From the IMG/VR virus record IMGVR_UViG_2698536454_000007: a DNA stretch of 38,464 nucleotides. One strand, given 5' to 3'. Source of the DNA: a virus. Taxonomy: Duplodnaviria > Heunggongvirae > Uroviricota > Caudoviricetes. The notes beneath the pieces were generated by a model. That model did not search any database. It saw only the letters and a list, made by a program, of their open reading frames with translations, and was not told the DNA's origin. Each line of letters starts with the position of its first letter. Within the stretch, counting starts at the first letter, position 1. A program made the translations under genes and the position numbers. Shown here piece after piece: positions 1-6,982 of the stretch.

Positions 1-487
1 TGGCGTTAACTTCTGGCATTTTCATCAACGCTTCAACGATATGTCCGTCGAATGTTGCCATGTCTTCCTGCAACAATTCCTGTGCGCTAATCACCATATC
101 AACGGTGATGTTTTCACATGTGTCGAACTTAACCATGACAGCGTTCTGTACTTCAGGGGCCAGCTTGTCAAAAGTGACGTTCATCGGATCGGATTCAGTC
201 TCAACCGGGACAAAGGAAGCAGACTCCTCATCCCAGCGGTTTTCCTGCATATATTCAGCATCCCAGGAATCGAGGGCAGGGCGGGGTATGCCGGGTTTAT
301 CCTCACAGACAATAAATTTATAAGCGCAGTCCTGAGCTGCAGGGAATTGCTCCAGAAATTGCCAATGAAATTTTGCGCGTGCGCGACGCTCATCACCAGC
401 TTCAATGGCAGTGGCCACCGCAACAGCGCTATCTTCTTTTATGGCCTGTTCATCAGGAATAGCAGCGCAAATAAAGACTTTACTCAT
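1..487 (-). CDS. YdfE-like prophage protein, N-terminal part; the gene runs off the left edge of the window
   Basis: Minus-strand ATG at 487..485 preceded by GAGGTAA Shine-Dalgarno; frame stays open to position 1 (MSKVFICAAIPDEQAIKEDSAVAVATAIEAGDERRARAKFHWQFLEQ...). It is the last gene of the dicB-type operon by position. Product assignment is by synteny and recollection only. Confidence 0.5.
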   Translation of the reverse strand, partial: MSKVFICAAIPDEQAIKEDSAVAVATAIEAGDERRARAKFHWQFLEQFPAAQDCAYKFIVCEDKPGIPRPALDSWDAEYMQENRWDEESASFVPVETESDPMNVTFDKLAPEVQNAVMVKFDTCENITVDMVISAQELLQEDMATFDGHIVEALMKMPEVNA

Positions 488-579
488 TTTGTTTTACCTC
501 ATTACAGATTTAAGGGTGAACAAATCCCTGCCATTGCTGGCATATAAGAATGAAACCGGATGTTTATTACGGAACTGTT

Positions 580-771
580 TTAAAGACCTGCCGGGATTTC
601 GTTATTATCCTGGTGAATAACTTTATCGACCGGGTAACAGTTACCGGGAATTTTCCGTTCGGTTGCTGCAGTCACACACTCCTGCATTGTCCTGTGAACA
701 CTGACTGCAATATCAACTGGCTCTCCGGAAACAAGAAAAACTGTCAGAACAAGTGCAAATGCTGTATTCAT
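580..771 (-). CDS. ydfD: YdfD-like small protein (63 aa) with hydrophobic N-terminus; the Qin homologue is reported to cause lysis
   Basis: ATG at 771..769 overlaps the dicB stop in an ATGA arrangement (translational coupling). Product MNTAFALVLTVFLVSGEPVD..., 63 aa, same length and position as ydfD downstream of dicB in Qin. Confidence 0.6.
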   Translation of the reverse strand: MNTAFALVLTVFLVSGEPVDIAVSVHRTMQECVTAATERKIPGNCYPVDKVIHQDNNEIPAGL

Positions 772-956
772 TGCCAGCATCCTTTTTGTATCGGACGTAA
801 ACGGGCCAGCATTGAAAGAATGCATATTTTATTTAATAGCTCCCGTTCGTGTTTTCTCTTGTTAATGGCATCTTCAGTAAATACAGGGTTACTGATAGTG
901 ACACCAATTTCAAAACAACCTTCAGACGTATTAACGTTTGGTAATAACGTTTCCAT
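768..956 (-). CDS. dicB: Cell division inhibitor DicB (62 aa)
   Basis: ATG at 956 with GAGGA Shine-Dalgarno 7 nt upstream. Product METLLPNVNTSEGCFEIGVTISNPVFTEDAINKRKHERELLNKICILSMLARLRPIQKGCWQ matches my recollection of E. coli DicB, and it sits immediately downstream of DicF. Confidence 0.8.
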   Translation of the reverse strand: METLLPNVNTSEGCFEIGVTISNPVFTEDAINKRKHERELLNKICILSMLARLRPIQKGCWQ

Positions 957-1130
957 TATCGCGTCCTCAACAATGAATTTTGTGATGTGGTGCCTGGTGC
1001 CTCCAGGTGACGTTAACCAGTTAACAATTAACGCCGGATACAGAGAATCCACCCATAACACTGTTTTTGGTTTTAACTGTTCCGCGTGCGCTCAGCCGCA
1101 TTCACCGCATCACAAAATTCACTTTAAAAA

Positions 1131-1183
1131 CGGCGGCAGAGCAGTCACGGAGTAAAACTGATACCGCCAAACGTCACCAGAAA
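1131..1183 (-). ncRNA. dicF: DicF small regulatory RNA (about 53 nt, processed from the dicB operon transcript)
   Basis: Reverse complement of 1131-1183 reads TTTCTGGTGACGTTTGGCGGTATCAGTTTTACTCCGTGACTGCTCTGCCGCCG followed by TTTTT, matching the DicF sequence as I recall it at 52 of 53 positions. It lies between ydfC-like and dicB as in Qin. Ends are approximate. Confidence 0.7.
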
Positions 1184-1523
1184 ATTGATAACAGAGGGCG
1201 TTGCAGCGGGGTTGTCGCTTAAGCGTATGGTCAACCTGACAACCCGGTGTCCTCAACGGGGAAGGAATAACCCCGCCATACTTACCGCCGCGCCATTTCG
1301 CGGAGTGCCACAACCGGAAGCGCACGGTCGACGAAAATTTAACGACAGGCTATCTATGAACCAGCTACCTCGCCGTGCGCTTTCGCGTTATGGTCTGACT
1401 TTTCATGGAAATATCCTTTCAGTAAACTGTCAGTGCCGGATGCTCACCCATGTCCGGCGCACGCACTCCACCTCACCCGTGGAGAACTCCTTAATTACCA
1501 ACCTTAGCTTCGTTGGTTAGCTA

Positions 1524-1742
1524 TTAACGCGGGTATGTAATCATTCTGGCAATGCTTAATGCCGCTGCTTTTTCCAGCCTGGTGATATCCTGCTCCAGAG
1601 CGGACAGATTTTCAGCCTGCTTAGCCCTGGCTTCATTGGCCCATTTCAGATCCTGCGCTGCATTAATTTTCTGGCGCATCCACTCATAAAGTTCATCATC
1701 GGTATAGTCTGGCGAGATGATGACGGGTTCTCGTTTCTGCAT
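1524..1742 (-). CDS. YdfC-like small prophage protein (72 aa)
   Basis: ATG at 1742 with AGGA Shine-Dalgarno 6 nt upstream; third gene of a tightly packed leftward operon; size and order match Qin ydfC. Confidence 0.6.
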   Translation of the reverse strand: MQKREPVIISPDYTDDELYEWMRQKINAAQDLKWANEARAKQAENLSALEQDITRLEKAAALSIARMITYPR

Positions 1743-1771
1743 ACTGATTCCTCGCGGTGCTGCTTCGCTTA

Positions 1772-1900
1772 TCAGCCGTTAGATTTTGCCGAGCTGGAAA
1801 GCGCCTGTTTAAACTCACTGAAGCTGAGAGCTTCTTCGCCTTCGGCAAGGCCTTCGAAGTATTCTTCGTAAGCCTTTTCCATGATTGTGTCGAAATCCAT
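1772..1900 (-). CDS. YdfB-like small acidic protein (42 aa)
   Basis: ATG at 1900, one base after the upstream gene's TGA stop (TGAtATG). Product MDFDTIMEKAYEEYFEGLAEGEEALSFSEFKQALSSSAKSNG. Below the 60-aa cutoff of the ORF track; found by manual translation. Confidence 0.55.
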   Translation of the reverse strand: MDFDTIMEKAYEEYFEGLAEGEEALSFSEFKQALSSSAKSNG

Positions 1901-1901
1901 A

Positions 1902-2057
1902 TCACTCACCTGAGTTTCTTTCCAGCCAGCGACGGGCACCATTTTCGGTTTTAAACGTTTTGCTTCTGGTATACGTCATCGCGGTAAACGTGCCGTCCTG
2001 GTTGGGAAACACGCCGCATACCAGAGATTCGTTGTTGCCAAGATCGATAGTATTCAT
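1902..2057 (-). CDS. YdfA-like small prophage protein (51 aa; the DUF1391 family name is recalled, not verified)
   Basis: ATG at 2057 with GAGG Shine-Dalgarno 5-6 nt upstream. Product MNTIDLGNNESLVCGVFPNQDGTFTAMTYTRSKTFKTENGARRWLERNSGE. First gene downstream of the operator palindrome. Confidence 0.6.
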   Translation of the reverse strand: MNTIDLGNNESLVCGVFPNQDGTFTAMTYTRSKTFKTENGARRWLERNSGE

Positions 2058-2145
2058 GCTGACCTCATTTCCCCTTAACGCCGGGGTAGCGGAACTGTTT
2101 GCTGAGAACACCGTGCGGTGTCTTGGTGGAGATTAATTTAGAATA

Positions 2146-2192
2146 ACCTAACAAATGTGGCAAGTATTTTTGTTAGATTGATCTAACAAAAA
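2146..2192. promoter_or_regulatory. Operator/promoter region of the leftward dicB-type operon: perfect palindrome TTGTTAGAT-TG-ATCTAACAA plus a CCTAACAAA half-site
   Basis: The 9-bp inverted repeat at 2171-2190 is seen directly; a related half-site lies at 2147-2155. It sits between the repressor gene's stop and the first operon gene. Confidence 0.55.
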
Positions 2193-2224
2193 GAGTGAGG
2201 GAATCTAAGTATCTGAAAGGAGTG

Positions 2225-2632
2225 TTATTTTATTGATTTGTTTTTACGTGCTTTAAGCATTTCTTCGAAGAGTTTATTGAAATTCTCTACTCTTGCGCGC
2301 ATTTCAGACAGTAAGGCTTCCTGCTCGGAGGAGGGAAGAGCATCGAATAATTCGATCAATTCTTTGTGGCTGGGAGTTAACTCGGTTTCCACATGAAGTT
2401 CTTGTGCTGGCACTGGTGCCTTGTCTTCGTCACCAAACATTAGCCATGTAGGCGAGCACTTCAGCGCATCAGCTAAAGCAAATAACCGCTTCCCGACCGG
2501 TTGGGTTTCGTCTCTTTCCCATTGTGAAATTGTGACGTGAGCTACCCCAGCGAGGCGTGCAGCTTCTCGTTGTGTTAGGCGTAATTCTTTTCGTCGTGCC
2601 AGAACTCGCTGGCCTAGGGTTCTTGTATCCAT
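2225..2632 (-). CDS. dicA: DicA-like prophage repressor, XRE-family HTH, 135 aa, no LexA-like cleavage domain
   Basis: N-terminal HTH (LTQREAARLAGVAHVTISQWERDETQP) and a C-terminal region ...LFALADALKCSPTWLMFGDEDK...ELIELFDALPSSEQEALLSEMRARVENFNKLFEEMLKAR that closely matches recalled DicA. Divergent from a Cro-like gene. No obvious Shine-Dalgarno upstream. Confidence 0.85.
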   Translation of the reverse strand: MDTRTLGQRVLARRKELRLTQREAARLAGVAHVTISQWERDETQPVGKRLFALADALKCSPTWLMFGDEDKAPVPAQELHVETELTPSHKELIELFDALPSSEQEALLSEMRARVENFNKLFEEMLKARKNKSIK

Positions 2633-2681
2633 AGTTAGGTAATTCTAATTTTTCTTGACTTAGGTATCCCGCGCACATTGC

Positions 2682-2699
2682 TGTTAGGAATATCTAACA
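2682..2699. promoter_or_regulatory. Operator in the divergent dicA/dicC intergenic region (TGTTAGG-AAT-ATCTAACA)
   Basis: Imperfect palindrome sharing the TGTTAG/CTAACA half-sites with the 2171-2190 operator; located between the divergent start codons at 2632 and 2713. Confidence 0.5.
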
Positions 2700-2712
2700 A
2701 GAGGGGGCTTTG

Positions 2713-2940
2713 ATGCTTAAAGTTGACGCAATTACTTTTTTTGGCAGCAAAACAAAACTTGCCAATGCCGCAGGAGTGAAACTGGCAAGTGTTGCTGCAT
2801 GGGGGGAACTGGTTCCTGAAGGTCGCGCGATGCGCCTGCAAGAGGCATCCGGCGGGGAACTTCAGTACGACCCCAAAGTTTATGACGAATATCGTAAGGC
2901 AAAGCGGGCGGGGCGGTTGAACAATGAAAATCACCCCTGA
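2713..2940 (+). CDS. dicC: DicC-like Cro-type regulator (75 aa)
   Basis: ATG at 2713 with GAGGGGG Shine-Dalgarno 5 nt upstream. Product MLKVDAITFFGSKTKLANAAGVKLASVAAWGELVPEGRAMRLQEASGGELQYDPKVYDEYRKAKRAGRLNNENHP resembles recalled DicC. The ORF-track entry at 2710 is a TTG-extended version. Confidence 0.75.
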   Translation: MLKVDAITFFGSKTKLANAAGVKLASVAAWGELVPEGRAMRLQEASGGELQYDPKVYDEYRKAKRAGRLNNENHP

Positions 2941-3445
2941 ACAGGTTTGTGAGGCTCTGGATGCCTGGGTATGCCGACCAGGAATGACACAGGAGCAGGC
3001 GACGATATTAATCACGGAAGCATTCTGGGCTCTGAAAGAACGCCCGAACATCGATGTTCAACGCGTCACGTTTAATGATGGCGAGGTTGATCAACGGGCG
3101 TTGGGCGTTAACCGGGTGAAGATATTCGAACGCTGGAAAGCTATCGACACCAGGGATAAGCGGGAAAAATTCACGGCGCTGATTCCGGCAATTATGGAGG
3201 CTATCCGGATCAGCGATTTCAGGTTGTATTGTGAAATTACTGACGGAAAAAGCATTACGTACATGATCGCCGGGTTAAACAAAGAATATGGTGATGTGGT
3301 GGAGTCCGGGCTGCTTTTTGCGGATCCATCTGTTGTGGAACGTGAGACTGACGAGCTTATAGAAAAAGCTATTGCTTTCAAGCATGCGTATCGTCAGCAA
3401 TACCAACAAAAAGCTGGATGGAATTATGAGCCTTCTTTTTGCTGA
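2924..3445 (+). CDS. YdaT-like early regulatory protein (173 aa); function tentative
   Basis: Second gene of the rightward operon, overlapping the Cro-like stop; position corresponds to ydaT after ydaS in Rac-type prophages. Weak Shine-Dalgarno. Confidence 0.45.
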   Translation: MKITPEQVCEALDAWVCRPGMTQEQATILITEAFWALKERPNIDVQRVTFNDGEVDQRALGVNRVKIFERWKAIDTRDKREKFTALIPAIMEAIRISDFRLYCEITDGKSITYMIAGLNKEYGDVVESGLLFADPSVVERETDELIEKAIAFKHAYRQQYQQKAGWNYEPSFC

Positions 3446-4391
3446 ACGCCCACTGGTTATAAACACACAGCTTGCGATGAAGATTGGCTTAAATGAAGCC
3501 ATTGTGTTGCAGCAGTTGCATTACTGGTTGAGAGATACCAGTTCCGGTATGGAATGTGACGGGGTTCGCTGGATTTATAACACAACAGAACAATGGCTGG
3601 AACAGTTCCCGTTCTGGTCAGAGTCAACGTTAAAACGCGCATTTGCAAGTCTGAAAACGCTGGGGCTTTTGCGTTGCGAAAAGCTCAACAAATCAAAGCG
3701 TGATATGACTAATTTTTACACGATTAATTACGAGAGTGAGCTTTTAGATGGTGGCAAAGTGAGCGAATCCATCAGGTCAAAATGCGCCGCTCCATCGGGT
3801 CAAAATGACACGATGGAAGAGGTCAAAATGGCACGCTCCATTGGTTCAAAACGACCCAATGTCATCGGGTCAAAATGGCCTGATGATCTTACAGAGAATA
3901 CAACAGAGATTACTACAGAGAATAAAAACACTTCTCGTCCGGAAGCTTCGCAACCGGACCCGCAGACGGCTGAACAGGATTTTTTAACCCGACACCCTGA
4001 CGCGGTTGTGTTCAGTGCGAAAAAACGCCAGTGGGGAAGTCAGGAAGATTTGGCGTGCGCACAGTGGATCTGGGGACGAATCGTGAGTCTTTACGAGCAG
4101 GCTGCCAGCGATGATGGCGAGATCACGCGACCGAAAGAACCAAACTGGACCGCATGGGCCAATGACGTGCGCACAATGCGGATGCTGGATGGCAGAAGCC
4201 ACAGACAAATTTGCGAAATGTTTGGTCGGGTACAGCGAGATCCATTCTGGGTAAAAAACATCATGAGCCCGTCAAAGCTTCGCGAAAAATGGGACGACCT
4301 GGTCATCCGCCTGGGGCGTTCACCTGTACAGTGTTGTGTGAATCATATTTCTGAACCGGATACCGAAATTCCGCCTGGTTTCAGGGGATAA
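3426..4391 (+). CDS. Replication initiator (replisome-organizer / O-like protein) with the origin iterons inside the gene
   Basis: N-terminal winged-helix-like region (LVINTQLAMKIGLNEAIVLQQLHYWL...) typical of phage replisome organizers; five direct repeats lie within its linker-coding region. The start is ambiguous (ATG 3426 versus ATG 3384 or TTG 3372). Confidence 0.75.
   Translation: MSLLFAERPLVINTQLAMKIGLNEAIVLQQLHYWLRDTSSGMECDGVRWIYNTTEQWLEQFPFWSESTLKRAFASLKTLGLLRCEKLNKSKRDMTNFYTINYESELLDGGKVSESIRSKCAAPSGQNDTMEEVKMARSIGSKRPNVIGSKWPDDLTENTTEITTENKNTSRPEASQPDPQTAEQDFLTRHPDAVVFSAKKRQWGSQEDLACAQWIWGRIVSLYEQAASDDGEITRPKEPNWTAWANDVRTMRMLDGRSHRQICEMFGRVQRDPFWVKNIMSPSKLREKWDDLVIRLGRSPVQCCVNHISEPDTEIPPGFRG
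3768..3877. repeat. Putative replication origin: five ~23-bp iterons (core GGTCAAAATG) followed by an A-rich repeated segment
   Basis: Direct repeats TCCATCAGGTCAAAATG (3768), TCCATCGGGTCAAAATG (3791), AGAGGTCAAAATG (3818), TCCATTGGTTCAAAACG (3837), GTCATCGGGTCAAAATG (3861), then ACAGAGAATA repeats at 3891-3925. Lambda likewise has its ori iterons inside O. Confidence 0.7.
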
Positions 4392-4431
4392 GTGGTGATT
4401 TTAGGGCATAAAGTAATGTTCAGGAGGACTT

Positions 4432-4839
4432 ATGGCAAAAGTATTTACACAGGAAGAGCGGGAAAAAATTAAAGGACAGGTGGTGGAACTCGTGCGCCAG
4501 AGCGGTCGTGAGACGTTACGGCAACTGGAAGCTAAAACAGGTGCGACAAGATATCTGATGAGCGTTCTTGCCAGAGAGCTGGTTGCCAGTGGTGATGTAT
4601 ATCACTCTGGCTATGGGGTGTTCCCGTCAGAACGGGCTCGTAAGGACTGGCAAAACGCCCGCAAAAAACTCTCGAGGGCAAAGGTGAAGAAACCTGTTGT
4701 GGTTGATCCGGGCCTTATCTGGACATTACCCGACGGAGAAATACGCCGCTACGACAGGCGTATGAACATAATCTGTCGCGAGTGCCGGAAGAGCGAAGTT
4801 ATGCAGCGTGTATTGGCGTTCTATCAGGGATATGCCTAG
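4432..4839 (+). CDS. Hypothetical protein (135 aa), basic, possibly DNA-binding
   Basis: Strong AGGAGG Shine-Dalgarno 6 nt before ATG 4432; base composition like the phage backbone; no family recognised. Confidence 0.6.
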   Translation: MAKVFTQEEREKIKGQVVELVRQSGRETLRQLEAKTGATRYLMSVLARELVASGDVYHSGYGVFPSERARKDWQNARKKLSRAKVKKPVVVDPGLIWTLPDGEIRRYDRRMNIICRECRKSEVMQRVLAFYQGYA

Positions 4840-5207
4840 AATTGTCACAGGTAATGAAATTAAAGAGTATTGGTTCGGATATGAATTGACATTTTCGCGG
4901 CACAGAGCTAAAAATAGCCTACTTGTTGGTTTTGTGTGAAAAGCAGACATTTTGAGGCTCAGGATTTGTTATCAAATAAGACCAATACTTATCTATATTA
5001 ATACACATTAAATACTGTGCAATACATTATTACATTTTATTAGATAAGCGATATTTAGGGAAAAGAAAAGTCATAGAAAACAGGCCGCTATTTGTTGTTG
5101 GATTTTATAGGCTATATCTAGATTATCTTGCCACTGCGGTCTCTGTTTACCTAACAGCTTGGGCTTCTTTGCATGCAAGTTTGTAATAACAAGAGTAATC
5201 AAACGGA

Positions 5208-6239
5208 ATGTCTATTAATCCTAAACTTAAGCGTATCGCGCGACGCTATCCAGCGTTATTCCAATATGAGTCCCCCTATATGGCAAGAAAATTAATAATA
5301 TTCGGCAACGGTCTCGGTATGGCTTTAGATCCTGCTCACTTCTCCTTAGACAGAGCGTTGGAAGAAATTTGGCATCGCCCCAATTTTTTAAAAGATATCC
5401 ACAAGCAACTTATCGAGCGTTGTCTTCAGCGGCAAGGTCCACCAGAAGGAGAACATGAGTTGGATACCCTTCACCAGGCTGTCACATATTGTAAAGCTCT
5501 TGCTCAAATTGGAGAGGGGAACGTGCATTGGCTTACTGAAGATGGACTAAACTTCCCCAAAATTACCGCCACTTATATTCACAAAGTTGCAACCAGGTTG
5601 CATAATTACGATAAAGGTTTGCCACAAAGATTCGAAAATGCGCTTGTGGAGTTTGTAAAGAACACACACTCACATATCGCGACATTAAACTATGACAAAT
5701 TATTATACAATTCATTCATAGATAATGATATATTCAACGGGTATGATGGGGTTTTAGTTGATGGGATGCTAAGCCACGGATTTTCCTCTGCAGCGCTCGA
5801 ACGGAAATACAATCGTAGGTTTGGTTATTATTTGCACTTGCATGGTTCACCACTATTTATTAATCAGCATGAAAATGTTTTAAAACTTTCACGCTCACAA
5901 CTTACTCTTGACATAGATGAACCTAGTGAGCATATAGTGTTAACTCATATAAAAAGAAAACCGTCAGTTATAGCAGCATCTAATGTTCTTTCTACGTACT
6001 GGGATTATTTGCAGTTTGCATTATTTGAATCAGAAGAAATAATATTGTTTGGTTACTCTGGTCTCGATATTCACCTTAACCTGCTTATTCGACCTTACCT
6101 AACCTCTAAGCCTTTAAGAGTAATTGAGTGGAGCGGTGCTGGTGAACAAAACGCTCGTGAGATATATTGGAAAAACCAGTTGAGACGGGAAGTTACTGTA
6201 ATTAGGTTGGATAACATCACTGATTTTATTGATTGGTAG
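5208..6239 (+). CDS. Standalone SIR2-like (sirtuin-fold, predicted NAD-binding) protein, 343 aa; candidate anti-phage effector
   Basis: Motifs in sirtuin order: Gly-rich IIFGNGLGMA (res ~31-40), TLNYDKLL (compare sirtuin TQNIDxL), HLHGS (catalytic-His HG motif), ILFGYSGLD (GYS/GTS motif). The gene and its flanks are visibly AT-rich relative to neighbours. Weak Shine-Dalgarno (ACGGA). Confidence 0.65.
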   Translation: MSINPKLKRIARRYPALFQYESPYMARKLIIFGNGLGMALDPAHFSLDRALEEIWHRPNFLKDIHKQLIERCLQRQGPPEGEHELDTLHQAVTYCKALAQIGEGNVHWLTEDGLNFPKITATYIHKVATRLHNYDKGLPQRFENALVEFVKNTHSHIATLNYDKLLYNSFIDNDIFNGYDGVLVDGMLSHGFSSAALERKYNRRFGYYLHLHGSPLFINQHENVLKLSRSQLTLDIDEPSEHIVLTHIKRKPSVIAASNVLSTYWDYLQFALFESEEIILFGYSGLDIHLNLLIRPYLTSKPLRVIEWSGAGEQNAREIYWKNQLRREVTVIRLDNITDFIDW

Positions 6240-6553
6240 CGCAATGCGAAGTTAAAGAGGCAGCCTCATATTTATCAGAGCTGGTGTACGTCCAATACAG
6301 GAGGTTATCGTGCTGGTTCTCAAATGCGCGCTGGCTATTGCGGCTGTAGTGGCAATTTATTGTCTTGCTATTGTTCTTATGGATCGCCTTTCTGATTGAT
6401 TTTATATTGGCGAGGTGACGGGAGTTAAGTAGAATTGCTGCGGGTGCTTGAGGCTGTCTGCCTCGGGCATGCCACCGTAAGGCAGACAGAGAAAAGCCCC
6501 AGTTAACATTACGCGTCCTGCAAGACGCTTAACATTAATCTGAGGCCCAATCT

Positions 6554-6766
6554 ATGCTTCACAAACGTAGGTTAGCCTCTTACGCGCCGAAAGGCAAGGA
6601 GAAGCAGGCTATGAAGCAGCAAAAGGCGATGTTAATCGCCCTGATCGTCATCTGTTTAACCGTCATAGTGACGGCACTGGTAACGAGGAAAGACCTCTGC
6701 GAGGTACGAATCCGAACCGGCCAGACGGAGGTCGCTGTCTTCACAGCTTACGAACCTGAGGAGTAA
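6554..6766 (+). CDS. mok: Mok-like reading frame, an in-frame N-terminal extension of hok (70 aa)
   Basis: ATG at 6554 with GAGG upstream; same frame and stop as hok, as in chromosomal mok/hok loci. Confidence 0.5.
   Translation: MLHKRRLASYAPKGKEKQAMKQQKAMLIALIVICLTVIVTALVTRKDLCEVRIRTGQTEVAVFTAYEPEE
6611..6766 (+). CDS. hok: Hok/Gef-family type I toxin (51 aa), HokD/RelF-like
   Basis: Product MKQQKAMLIALIVICLTVIVTALVTRKDLCEVRIRTGQTEVAVFTAYEPEE: a single transmembrane helix plus the conserved Hok C-terminal region; AGGAG upstream; fold-back stem (CTGTCTGCC...GGCAGACAG) in the 5' leader at 6457-6490. Confidence 0.85.
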   Translation: MKQQKAMLIALIVICLTVIVTALVTRKDLCEVRIRTGQTEVAVFTAYEPEE

Positions 6767-6834
6767 GAGACCAGGCGGGGGAGAAATCCCTCGCCACCGC
6801 TGATGTGTCAGGCATCCTCAACGCACCCGCACTT

Positions 6835-6866
6835 AACCCGCTTCGGCGGGTTTTTGTTTTTATTTT
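6835..6866 (+). terminator. Rho-independent terminator downstream of hok
   Basis: CCCGC-TTCG-GCGGG hairpin followed by TTTTTGTTTTTATTTT. Confidence 0.7.
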
Positions 6867-6982
6867 CAACGCATTTGAAGTTCTGGACGGTGTCGGAATA
6901 GAATCAAAAATACTTAAGTAGCGCGCAGGGATAAGAGGGATGGTCCCTTAAAGGGGAGAGCTAATTATCCGGAAGGATTCTG

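Noticed and set aside
550-1155. 201-aa plus-strand ORF, Cys-rich
   Set aside because: Lies antisense to the well-supported dicB/ydfD genes and the DicF region, has odd composition and no Shine-Dalgarno; most likely a shadow ORF.
1185-1520. 111-aa plus-strand ORF
   Set aside because: Arg/Pro/Cys-rich, no ribosome-binding site, and lies in the DicF precursor region of the minus-strand operon; treated as non-coding.
2635-3051. 138-aa minus-strand ORF across the dicA/dicC intergenic region
   Set aside because: Antisense to the DicC-like and YdaT-like genes and spans the operator; spurious.
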